Assembly: GCA_048538275.1 (NCBI GenBank)
Contig: JBLYPW010000002.1
Location: 2,111-66,110, forward strand
Length of the DNA: 64,000 nucleotides
Direction: 5' to 3'
DNA from: Candidatus Komeilibacteria bacterium
GTDB lineage: Bacteria; Patescibacteriota; Patescibacteriia; UBA1558
Part shown: positions 30,601 through 39,596 of the stretch, in pieces
Layout of the letters: the number at the start of each line of letters is the position of its first letter
How positions within the stretch are numbered: the first letter of the stretch is position 1
Position numbers and translations under genes: made by a program
The notes under the pieces: model-generated
Seen by the model: only the letters and a program-made list of their open reading frames with translations
Databases searched by the model: none
Told to the model about the DNA's origin: nothing

Positions 30601-33412
30601 CGGCGTTTTGACCGGTTGGACCTGGGATGATGGTGTGGCTGTTCAGATTGGTGGAGTTACTGGTACAGCTGGTTATACAATATTTGGATTTATTGATGAG
30701 CCTAAAATATTCAACCGCGCTCTTACGCAAAGAGAAATTATGATGGAAATGAACGCTGGTAAACATCAGCCAGTATTAGATTTAGGTTTTGATGAAGGTG
30801 GAGGCAGTACAGCTTATGATAAGTCAGTTTTAACTAATAATGGTAGTATTTCTGGAGCTGATTATAAAACTCCGGAAAATTGTGTAAGTGGAAGTTGTTT
30901 GGATTTTAATGGTAGTAGTGATCATGTACGGATTACAGATAGCAGTTCTGGTGATGATTTGGATTTTGGTAGTGACAGCTTTACCGTTTCAGCTTGGGCT
31001 AATATTGATGAAGGAACAACTGCGCGTGGCACAGTACTATCCAAATCTAATGATGTGACTATGCCGGATACAGTTGGCTATTGGTTGATGGGACCCTATA
31101 CTGGTTGGTCTAGCACCTTTGCTTTTGCTACCAACGATGGTTCAGGTAGCACATTTTATGTTAGTGATGGTGATACTAGCTTGATAGATGGTAAGTGGCA
31201 TCACGTTGGTTTGATTTTAAATAGAGATACGGGCATTATGACGCTTTATGAAGATGGTCAGTCAGTTGACACGGCTGATATTAGTTCTTTGGGTAGTATT
31301 TCTAATAGTTATAATTTTGGTGTAGGTAGTTATCAAGGTGGTGGCAGTAATGTGATCAATGGCAAAATAGATGAAGTTAAAATGTATAATTATGCTTTAA
31401 CAGAAGCAGAATTAAAACAAGAATACACTCAATCCAAAGGTCAGTTTGGGCGGACTAGTGCGGTGGGAGAAAAAACCACGCCCGGAGCTTCTTGCGCGGA
31501 TATTTTAGCGAAAAATTCTCAGGTCGCAGATGGATATTATTGGATAGATCCTAATGGCGGATCACAATCAGACGCTTTTAAGGTTTATTGTGATATGACC
31601 ACTAATGGCGGGGGCTGGACATTGATTGAGTCATTTTCTTTAGCTAATAAAGCAAGTTTTACATCATTTTTGGGCAACGTGTCTATAAATGAGGATGATC
31701 CGACTCAAATAGATAATTATAGATTATCTAAGACTAGAATGGATAATTTAAATGGCGTTTCAACACAATGGCGCTCAACCTGTCAAATGAATCAGGATCC
31801 TACTAGAGATTATGCAATATCTAATAAATCAGATACAGATATAATGACATTTGCAATTACTGATAGTTGCCGGGTTATGGTTGATGTAAATGTCCGTGGT
31901 TATAATTGTCAAAATTGTCAGGCTAAGTGGTGGGGTTATGCCGCAGGTAGTAAGCATACCCACTTAGATTCAAGCATTAATAATGCTGTGTGTGGTGTAG
32001 GATCGCTTGACTCAGACGCTGGCTCTGTAAGTTCAGAAGATAATTGGGGTTATTATGCTTATACAAATCCTGAATTTCAATGTACTGCTTCTAGCGATTC
32101 AACAACAAATTGGTGGATGGGAGGTCTTGGCAGTAGTATTTCTACCGGCCCTGTTCTTGACATGACTTTTGATAAATATGTTGGTGGAGTTTATTTGGAT
32201 GAGAGTGGCAACGGACATAATACTACTACTATTAGCAGTGATCCTGAATGGAAAACAACAGTCAATTGTAAGTCGGGCAGATGTGTAGATTTTGATGATA
32301 GTTCGGATTGGGTTAGGATTGCAGCAAATTCAGTATTTGATTTTACAGGCGACTATACTTTAGAGGCGTGGATTAAGCCAAATTCTGTCGTGGGTTATCG
32401 TCACGGCATTATGGGTAAATATTCTAGCGATGGTTGGGGTTTGAATTTGCATGAAGATAAGGTGAATTTTGGTAGTCATACTTGTAGTAACTTTAGTGGT
32501 TCAACTAGTTTGCAAGCAGGTGCTTGGTATCATGTGGTGGGTATTTATAAAGAAACAGGTGATGATGAACTTTATGTGAATAGTCGTTTAGATGGAACTG
32601 GTAATTTAACCGACGGGAATTGTAATGCTGATACTAGCGATGTTGTTATTGGTACTTATAGAACTTCAACAACAGAAGAGTTTAATGGGATCATTGATCA
32701 GGTAAAAATATACGATAGAGCTTTAACACAGAGAGAAATATCTATGAACTATAATGGCGGTCAACCGATTGGTTGGTGGCGACTGGATGAGGGGGCGGAT
32801 AATTTATGTTCTGACGGCAAAGACGCTTGTGATAGTTCCGGTGAAGGGAATAATGGGACAGAAAGTGGAAATATTACTTGGATAACAGATACTTCTTTGT
32901 GTAAACAGGGTGGTTGTGCTAGTTTTGACGGGAGCGGGGATTATATACAAACTAGTTTATCCCAAACTTTTAATTCAACGACTATATCTTTCTGGATGGA
33001 TTGGGATAATTATGGAACAGATACTATCGATTTTATAGGAGAAAGTGAGGATAGTAGTAAAGTAATGGTTCACACCGGCGGTGGATCAGGGATAAATGGT
33101 ATAAGGTTTCATTTTGCTTCAAGCGCTTCAGGGTTTGATACAATAGGTATAATCGGCTCTGGTTGGAATCATTATTTAGTCACTTATGATAATGGGAGTA
33201 TAAAAATTTATAAAAACGGAGTTTTGGAAAATTCCGCAACGGTGACAGATGAGTCTGCTACTATAAGTTCTTGGGATATTGGCAGAAGAAGTAATAGTGA
33301 TGGTTATCATTTTAATGGTTCTTTAGATGATATCCGCATCTACAACTACGCCCTCACCGATAAACAGGTTAAAGAAGTATATAATCAAGGGTTGATTCAT
33401 TTTACCCCGTAA
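27674..33412 (+). CDS. DUF2341 + 5 LamG + 2 fibrinogen-like (YCDMxTxGGGW) surface protein 5
   Basis: Leader with REP-A triplet 27703..27749 (NPRRWQRRGLATPGV); SCAD...G.Y.IDP....F.VYCDM.T.GGGWT occurs twice. Confidence 0.85.
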   Translation: MLNIKEKFKINPRRWQRRGLATPGVGIRIASILFIAIIIVAGLIYIFNKPQSVEATWWNPTWSYRQSIAVTNGSGGTLTDFQVEILQNVDLSSLNTAGKLQADLADLRFTDINHRVLPYWIEDNTISSVNAWIKIPSIPTTGTTIYMYYGNSSASDAQDGFNTFLAFDDFEDGDMSTWEHIDAWGDNLGTWTESGGVMRADCNTLWCHETAWQHVNFQTDNVALAAKHRCLGNNSDGEGGIGISFTGGWENYSTQQTMLIRNDNQDIWASGGTPSTTVSFTNTCNTWYKTEIRDIAGSNATLWVDDVQKHATTNSVTTVNGRPALSQYKGDIEYDWVYYRKLASTQPTAGSPATEENAPGPVGYWNFNEGFGTTAYDSTGYGNDGTISGATWVQNGKSGRALSFNGSSDYIITNNDIGISGTDERTVSLWVKTTSANVTTNSIIFGMGTAAANNLFAMRTDSTTDTWRFTDASVARETNVSTTGQWQHIVTILDSSQQLSVYIDGIITDVNNIDLSSQDTTNAPFYIGSSVNNTLYFDGLIDEVRIYDRALSANEVKQLYNQNAGSFNVGQSGISTSCADQLAKNPGSKSGVYTIDPGYGVDPFDVYCDMETDGGGWTMVASNHSSSTLIPSGTGRNSAEYELDRNGSYTALGTPSPNTDYIIGAAINILEWDEARITMFGFDSTSSSYVYPTNLGDYADVKWDVPGSDAGRLDQAVAAASVSIFRNNNFASFHPSVAYFYVDGVHHDYMPDSVYGANANQATVGGVGRSGTTVTGTYFGHGVTEGSFEGSYGPGNTASKNASGYVTWVRSNTVTSSSGVALDLPFEAVSGSTTYDISGNENNGTITGATHKTSANCKVGRCFEFDGSGDTITISDSTSINAIGQAMTLSAWVKPSAFTTSYRSGIITRRNGNAGIGFYLAGDLDPATSGTMEAMIGGGANVAANTALPLDEWSYTTMVASGDSISFYLNGVDDGGGVLTGWTWDDGVAVQIGGVTGTAGYTIFGFIDEPKIFNRALTQREIMMEMNAGKHQPVLDLGFDEGGGSTAYDKSVLTNNGSISGADYKTPENCVSGSCLDFNGSSDHVRITDSSSGDDLDFGSDSFTVSAWANIDEGTTARGTVLSKSNDVTMPDTVGYWLMGPYTGWSSTFAFATNDGSGSTFYVSDGDTSLIDGKWHHVGLILNRDTGIMTLYEDGQSVDTADISSLGSISNSYNFGVGSYQGGGSNVINGKIDEVKMYNYALTEAELKQEYTQSKGQFGRTSAVGEKTTPGASCADILAKNSQVADGYYWIDPNGGSQSDAFKVYCDMTTNGGGWTLIESFSLANKASFTSFLGNVSINEDDPTQIDNYRLSKTRMDNLNGVSTQWRSTCQMNQDPTRDYAISNKSDTDIMTFAITDSCRVMVDVNVRGYNCQNCQAKWWGYAAGSKHTHLDSSINNAVCGVGSLDSDAGSVSSEDNWGYYAYTNPEFQCTASSDSTTNWWMGGLGSSISTGPVLDMTFDKYVGGVYLDESGNGHNTTTISSDPEWKTTVNCKSGRCVDFDDSSDWVRIAANSVFDFTGDYTLEAWIKPNSVVGYRHGIMGKYSSDGWGLNLHEDKVNFGSHTCSNFSGSTSLQAGAWYHVVGIYKETGDDELYVNSRLDGTGNLTDGNCNADTSDVVIGTYRTSTTEEFNGIIDQVKIYDRALTQREISMNYNGGQPIGWWRLDEGADNLCSDGKDACDSSGEGNNGTESGNITWITDTSLCKQGGCASFDGSGDYIQTSLSQTFNSTTISFWMDWDNYGTDTIDFIGESEDSSKVMVHTGGGSGINGIRFHFASSASGFDTIGIIGSGWNHYLVTYDNGSIKIYKNGVLENSATVTDESATISSWDIGRRSNSDGYHFNGSLDDIRIYNYALTDKQVKEVYNQGLIHFTP

Positions 33413-33694
33413 AGTAACGAAGTTACTAACGGGGTGAGGGATAATGGTTATAACATATCAATATACAATACCCCGTCACTTCGACCGATGTCCAAACGCA
33501 GTGCGGACGAGTGGAGAAGTCTATAGAGCAGCCGTGTGATGAGAGACTTCTCCGCTCGCTTTCGCTCGGTCGAAGTGAAGAGGAGTATGGTTACTAGGGG
33601 CGGTAGAATTAAAAAGCCGTTCGGAGGAAGCTCCAGACACGTCTGACGTGTCCAGCTTCCGACGAACGTGTGGATGAGGCAAAATTATGCTAAA
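33404..33694 (+). repeat. About 290-bp composite intergenic block, copy 1: REP-C hairpin (33404..33435), REPIN-B (33475..33578), hairpin 33618..33668
   Basis: Near-identical to 39295..39596 by direct reading. Confidence 0.85.
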
Positions 33695-33806
33695 AATATT
33701 AAAAAACTTAATAAAAACGAGCCGGTGGCGCCACCGGCCTCCGGCTCCCGGCCTCCGGCTCCCAGCCTCCGGCCTTAGGCTCGGAGAGCGTTGGAATTAG
33801 TAAATC

Positions 33807-36800
33807 ATGCTAAAATTAGCCAAAAAATTTAAAATCAACCCCCAGCGTTGGCAACCCCCGGCGTTGGGAATATTAATAACAGCGATTATTATTGTATTTG
33901 CCGTGGTTTATTTTCTTCGAACACCCGGTGTTGTACAGGCAGAATGGTGGAATGAGGGCTGGCATTATAGAGATTCATATCCTATTACATACTCATCATC
34001 TGGTTCGGAATTAACAGAATATCAAGTCTTGGTGGAGGATCTGGATACTGCTACTCTAATAGCGGCTGGCAAGATGCAGTCTGATTGCGCGGATATTAGG
34101 TTTACAGATGTTAATAGTACAGTATTGAATTATTCTATTGTCGGCGCTACTTGTAATACCAGCAATACTAAAATATGGGTGAAGATGGAAAGCATCCCGG
34201 CAGGAGGAACAACTTTGTATTTATATTATGGCAATCCAAGTGCTAGTTTTTATCAAAGTGAAGAGAACACATTTAGTTATAGTACAGAAAAAACAGTGGG
34301 ATATGTTTTAAATGACGGGAGTACAGCTTTTGATTTAATTAGTTTGGCAGATGGTAATTCTATAACACACAATAGTACGACTTTAACTTTGAATAAAGGT
34401 GAAAGTAGCGCCCTTACTACCTCTACTTATTTACCAGTAACTGCCAAAAAATTATTTAATATGTCCACTGAGGAGTATGATACTATTGTACCGATTGGTT
34501 GGGCTGGCACGGAGTTTGTTTACCAGAATCGCAACGGGACTTATGAAACAGATTTTGTTATGGTCAGTCCGTGGGGTACGGCTACCGTACAAATATATAT
34601 TGATGGTGTGCAATGTGGTGCTGATAGAACAGTAACTAGCTCTGGTTTAAAGGTGACAGACTGTGGCGGCGCTGCTTCTGATGTGTTTAGGATAGTAAGT
34701 GATATACCTATCATTGTAAATAGGTCTAGCAGTGTAAATGATCCCCACCCTATGCATCCGGCTGATTTAGGACCTTGGTATGGTTGGGATTCAAGCGGCG
34801 ATTATATTGCCGCTGGCCCTAGTGGAGCCAGTTATCAGTGGATAGATAGTGGCATGAGCTCTGTTTCCTCAAGTAGTTTAGGTGCAAATGCGGGGACTAC
34901 TTTAGAAGCTGGTGGTGGCAGTTATTATTCTGGTGATACTATTAAGGTTTGGTCAACAGATTATGTTATGGGCGCGTCTACAGCTGGTGATGCTGACGGA
35001 GGGGATGCTACTACTTATTTGCCAAACTGGGAATTTGGCACCATAACCGGGTCGCCTTATGCAACGGATTTTGTGGCAGTACTATCTGATCAGGCAGTCA
35101 CTTGTACAACTTATAATAATAGCGGTGCCACCGTAAATACACAGCAATTATCTAGTACCAATACACAGGTTTATGAACTGGGTGGAACAAACTTTGGTAT
35201 AGGAAGTACTAGTGAATATATTAGTGGTGCTTGGTATGTAGAATGTGATGGGCCAGCTATGTTTGTATCACAAAATGTTGATGATGAACAAAATATGTGG
35301 TCTTGGCCTATGATGCGGCAGTTTTCTTATCCTACACCAGCGGTTGGTTCGGCTAGTGGTGAGGAAAAAGGAGAAGCACCAATATTGTATTGGAAGTTTG
35401 ATGAAGGTGTAGATAATTCTTGTTCTGGTGGCGGCGATGTGTGTGATTCCACAACCACCGGCGATCACAGGAACTTAGTGGGAGAACCAGATTGGCAGAG
35501 TGAAGACATGTGCGTGTCTGGTAAATGTTTATACTTTGACGGTACTAATGATTATATAGATTTAGGTTTTGGCAGCGGTCGTAATTTAGCTACCGATCCA
35601 TTATCAATAAGTATGTGGGTTAGACCAACTAGTTCTAGTGAAGATAATATGTACATAGCAACAGTGAATGGTACCAATCAGAGATTTTATTTTGCTATAC
35701 AAAATGGTTTATGGGATATGGGAATTCAAAATTCAACTTGGAGTCAAGGGGGTGCTGTTACTAGTGCAGACCTTAACGAATGGACGCATATAGCTATTGT
35801 CGCTAATGGTTCAGCAGTTAGGTTATATGTTAATGGTAATTATAGTTTTCAGAAAACATATACTTCGTATGCATTAGCTGGTAATATTGCCATTGCCAGC
35901 CAAGGCCCTGCAGGTGGTTATAAATGGCGAGGCTCCATAGATGATGTTAAAATTTATAATTATGCTCGTACAGACGATCAGATTAAAGCCGACTACTTAG
36001 CCGGCTTATCTGGCTCTTCGTCTGGTGTTGGCGCGTCTTTGGGCAGTAGGCAACAAGATCAGAGTGAAGGGCTGGTTGGTTATTGGCAGATGGATGATGC
36101 GGGTGTAGATGCTGAAGGTGAAACCATCAGTGATAGTTCCGGTAACGGCAACAGCGGCACGCTTTATGGTGATAATGCTACCGGTGATAATGGTACTGGT
36201 ATGGATTGTACCGTTACCGGTAAATATGGTACGGGTTGTAGTTTTGACGGGGTGGATGATTATGTTCTGAGTAGTTCCAATATCCCCGCTATGTCAAATT
36301 TTACGATATCAGTATGGCTACAGTGGGATGATTATGGCACTTCAAATACTCAATTTGTCACTGGAGGTGCTCAGGAGCAGTTTGAAATTCAAACCGGTGG
36401 AGGCAGCGGAACAAACGGTTTACGTTTTATACCCAATACTCACGACGCATCTACGTTAGATGTTGCTAATGCAATTCCAGATGCAAACTGGCATCATTAT
36501 GCAGTTGTATATACCAACAATGATCAAGTACTTGCATATAGAGACGGAGACGAAATTGGAAATAAGAGTCACTCGGTAAGTAGTAGTACTACAGCAAGTC
36601 AATTCAATATTGGAAGAAGAAGCAATAATAGTTATTTTTTTGATGGCAAAATAGATAATGTAAAAATATACAATACCGCCCGTACAGCCGAGCAGATAAT
36701 GAGGGATTATAAAACTGGACCATCGCCGGTGGCTTATTATGATTTTGAAGAACAATCCACTAGCATAGCCTATGACAGATCAGGCACTGGTGTTAATTTA

Positions 36801-39272
36801 ACGGCTACTGGTCTTGATAGTACAAATATTGGTTTAGGTAAATATGGCAGTGCATATAAATATACTACATGGGAAGAAAATCATATAGGAACGGCTAGTA
36901 GTATTTGTAATACTATCACCATGGAAGCCTGGATCTACCCATTATCTGATCCTGCTGAAAGATATACCATAGTATTTTATTCAGGTTCTCAAGCCGCTTA
37001 TTTAAGCTATGCTAATGGGCAAGCCCTTAATACTTATTGGGCCAGCAAATCTTCTCCTGGTTATCATACGTCTGGTGCAAGCACTGTACCAATTAATCAG
37101 TGGTCTCATGTAGCCGCAGTTTGGGATGATGCTGGTGTCAGCCTTTATGTTAATGGCATTGAAAAAAATAGAGTGTCAACAACGGGTGGCTCTTGTACGG
37201 GAACAAGTTTAACTTTAGCTGCGCAAAATAGTGGACGACAAATGAATGGCTATATTGATGATGTTCGGATTTATGATTATCCCCGTACCCAGGAACAAAT
37301 TCTTTGGGACATGTATGGTGATGAATCGCCACACCCCATTGCTTATTGGAATTTTGATGAGGGATATGGCAGTACAGTTAATGATAGTGGGCCCTTGGGG
37401 GCTGATGGTACCATTACGGGTGGAACTTGGACAACGGATGGTAAATTAGCTAATGGTGTATCTATCAATAGTACGGACTCTATTAGTTGTGGCACTCATT
37501 CAGGTTTAATATTCGGTAGCGCAGATCATTCTTTTAGTGCTTGGGTAAAGCCAAGCGCTTTAACTAATTCTAATAATTATATTGTTGCCATTGGTAATAA
37601 TGCAACTGGCGAGCAATCCGGATTTGGTGTGAAAAGTGATGGAGATTTATTTCACTCAGCCTATTCTTCTCCTTTGGTAAGTTTTGATACGTCAGTTTCT
37701 ACGGGCAATTGGTATCATTTAGCTTTGGTACACGATAGTGGCACGAGTTATGCTTATGTGAACGGTGAACAAGTTAGCGGTCAAGCTATAGCTATGAATA
37801 TTACTACTGGCAAATGTTATATAGGCGCTCATACAGCCGCTGGTTCAACATTTAATGACGGCATCTTGGATGAAGTAAAAATATTCAATTTTGCTTTATC
37901 CCCAGAACAAGTCCGTCAAGAATATAATCAAGGTAGTCAGGTATCATTAGGTAAGCAAAAAAATGATTCATCCACTTGGGATGATGGTGGTTTTGGTGGT
38001 GCGGCGCCAGTAGCATATTGGAATTTTGAAGAGGGTAGTGGTTCTACGGTTTATGACCGGTCTGTTAATAGTAATAATGGTACGATTACCAATGCCACTT
38101 ATACGCTGGGTAAGCCTGGTTGGGGTATGCAGTTTGATCCTACTAATGAATATGTTTCTATTCCAGACCATACTGCATTAAAGCCAACAGAGATTACAGT
38201 TGAGGCTTGGGTAAAGCCTGGCACTACCATGTCTAATAATAGGATTATTTCTAAAACAGAGGTTAGTGGTTATACAATGGGCATGGCGATAGATGGTACA
38301 GCTGATAGTAACTTTTATGTATATAGAGATGGTGGATATATTAATGCTGGTTGGGATGTTTCTAATTTTAGTTCAGGTACTTGGTATCATATGGTTGGTA
38401 CTTATGATGGACAATATATTAAATTTTATGTAAATGGAGATCTTAAAGAATCTGTGGATGCGATTGGTAATTATCCCATAACATATATTGCTAATAATCT
38501 TTGTATTGGAATTGAAGCTGGCGGTACTACTTGTACAGATACTCGTGATTTTGACGGTGTTATAGACGAAGTAAAAATATTTGACTACGCTCGTACCCAA
38601 GCACAAATTGCTTATGATTATAATGGTGGTAAGCCGGTCGGTTGGTGGCCACTTGATAACAATGAGGGCATAACCGCTATGGATATTTCCGGAAATGGTA
38701 ATCATGGAACATTGACCGATATGGATCCGGCCACTGATTGGCTGGATGGTACAAGTTGTCAATACGAAGGCTGTCTGGATTTTGATGGGATGGATGATTA
38801 TGTTGATATCTCTTCATACGATATTTCTACCCCAAGTTTTACAGCTTCCTTATGGTTTAATATGACTACGTTAGAGGATAGTGATTATAATATACTTTTA
38901 CAGCAAACTGATAGTGGTTCAGGAACGGGTAGAACATTCCTTGGGATACACACAACCACTAATGACATATTTACAAATATTGGTAATTCACAATTAACTT
39001 CAGGAATCATTCCAGATACAGGAACTTGGTATCACGCTGTAGTATCTTTTGACGGTTCTAATCTCAAATTATATGTTAATGGAAAGTTAGAAAATTCCAC
39101 TACTGATGTGTTGGAAAGCGCTAACGCTTCAATATTAATTGGGGCTGGCAAATCGTTTTCTGCTACTCAATTCTTTGATGGTAAACTAGACGATGTTAGA
39201 ATATATAATTATGATCTAACCGCTGATCAAGTAAAAGAAGTTATGAACCACGGAGCTGTTTATTTTAAATAA
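33807..39272 (+). CDS. DUF2341 + IgGFc-binding-like region + 6 LamG surface protein 6
   Basis: Leader MLKLAKKFKINPQRWQPPAL with REP-A at 33836/33852 and a variant at 33919; DUF2341 motif; six LamG repeats. The IgGFc-like call (IVPIGWAGTEFV...SDIPIIV) is tentative. Confidence 0.83.
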   Translation: MLKLAKKFKINPQRWQPPALGILITAIIIVFAVVYFLRTPGVVQAEWWNEGWHYRDSYPITYSSSGSELTEYQVLVEDLDTATLIAAGKMQSDCADIRFTDVNSTVLNYSIVGATCNTSNTKIWVKMESIPAGGTTLYLYYGNPSASFYQSEENTFSYSTEKTVGYVLNDGSTAFDLISLADGNSITHNSTTLTLNKGESSALTTSTYLPVTAKKLFNMSTEEYDTIVPIGWAGTEFVYQNRNGTYETDFVMVSPWGTATVQIYIDGVQCGADRTVTSSGLKVTDCGGAASDVFRIVSDIPIIVNRSSSVNDPHPMHPADLGPWYGWDSSGDYIAAGPSGASYQWIDSGMSSVSSSSLGANAGTTLEAGGGSYYSGDTIKVWSTDYVMGASTAGDADGGDATTYLPNWEFGTITGSPYATDFVAVLSDQAVTCTTYNNSGATVNTQQLSSTNTQVYELGGTNFGIGSTSEYISGAWYVECDGPAMFVSQNVDDEQNMWSWPMMRQFSYPTPAVGSASGEEKGEAPILYWKFDEGVDNSCSGGGDVCDSTTTGDHRNLVGEPDWQSEDMCVSGKCLYFDGTNDYIDLGFGSGRNLATDPLSISMWVRPTSSSEDNMYIATVNGTNQRFYFAIQNGLWDMGIQNSTWSQGGAVTSADLNEWTHIAIVANGSAVRLYVNGNYSFQKTYTSYALAGNIAIASQGPAGGYKWRGSIDDVKIYNYARTDDQIKADYLAGLSGSSSGVGASLGSRQQDQSEGLVGYWQMDDAGVDAEGETISDSSGNGNSGTLYGDNATGDNGTGMDCTVTGKYGTGCSFDGVDDYVLSSSNIPAMSNFTISVWLQWDDYGTSNTQFVTGGAQEQFEIQTGGGSGTNGLRFIPNTHDASTLDVANAIPDANWHHYAVVYTNNDQVLAYRDGDEIGNKSHSVSSSTTASQFNIGRRSNNSYFFDGKIDNVKIYNTARTAEQIMRDYKTGPSPVAYYDFEEQSTSIAYDRSGTGVNLTATGLDSTNIGLGKYGSAYKYTTWEENHIGTASSICNTITMEAWIYPLSDPAERYTIVFYSGSQAAYLSYANGQALNTYWASKSSPGYHTSGASTVPINQWSHVAAVWDDAGVSLYVNGIEKNRVSTTGGSCTGTSLTLAAQNSGRQMNGYIDDVRIYDYPRTQEQILWDMYGDESPHPIAYWNFDEGYGSTVNDSGPLGADGTITGGTWTTDGKLANGVSINSTDSISCGTHSGLIFGSADHSFSAWVKPSALTNSNNYIVAIGNNATGEQSGFGVKSDGDLFHSAYSSPLVSFDTSVSTGNWYHLALVHDSGTSYAYVNGEQVSGQAIAMNITTGKCYIGAHTAAGSTFNDGILDEVKIFNFALSPEQVRQEYNQGSQVSLGKQKNDSSTWDDGGFGGAAPVAYWNFEEGSGSTVYDRSVNSNNGTITNATYTLGKPGWGMQFDPTNEYVSIPDHTALKPTEITVEAWVKPGTTMSNNRIISKTEVSGYTMGMAIDGTADSNFYVYRDGGYINAGWDVSNFSSGTWYHMVGTYDGQYIKFYVNGDLKESVDAIGNYPITYIANNLCIGIEAGGTTCTDTRDFDGVIDEVKIFDYARTQAQIAYDYNGGKPVGWWPLDNNEGITAMDISGNGNHGTLTDMDPATDWLDGTSCQYEGCLDFDGMDDYVDISSYDISTPSFTASLWFNMTTLEDSDYNILLQQTDSGSGTGRTFLGIHTTTNDIFTNIGNSQLTSGIIPDTGTWYHAVVSFDGSNLKLYVNGKLENSTTDVLESANASILIGAGKSFSATQFFDGKLDDVRIYNYDLTADQVKEVMNHGAVYFK

Positions 39273-39294
39273 TTATTTAATAAGCAGGTGATGA

Positions 39295-39596
39295 ACCCCG
39301 TAAAGTAACGAAGTTACTAATGGGGGTGAGGGATAATGGTCATAACAAATCAATATACAATACTCCGTCACTTCGACCGATGTCCAAACGCAGTGCGGAC
39401 GAGTGGAGAAGTCTATAGAGTAGCCGTGTGATGAGAGACTTCTCCACTCGCTTTCGCTCGATCGAAGTGACGGATGGGTTATGATGACTCGGTCGAAGTG
39501 ACGAGGAGTATGGTTACTAGGGGTGGTAGAATTAAAAAGCCGTTCGGAGGAAGCTGCTTCCGACGAACGTGTTGATGAGGTAAAATTATGCTAAAA
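39295..39596 (+). repeat. Composite intergenic block, copy 2 (REP-C, REPIN-B 39367..39471 plus one extra 31-bp unit, hairpin 39541..39569)
   Basis: Near-identical to 33404..33694. Confidence 0.85.
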
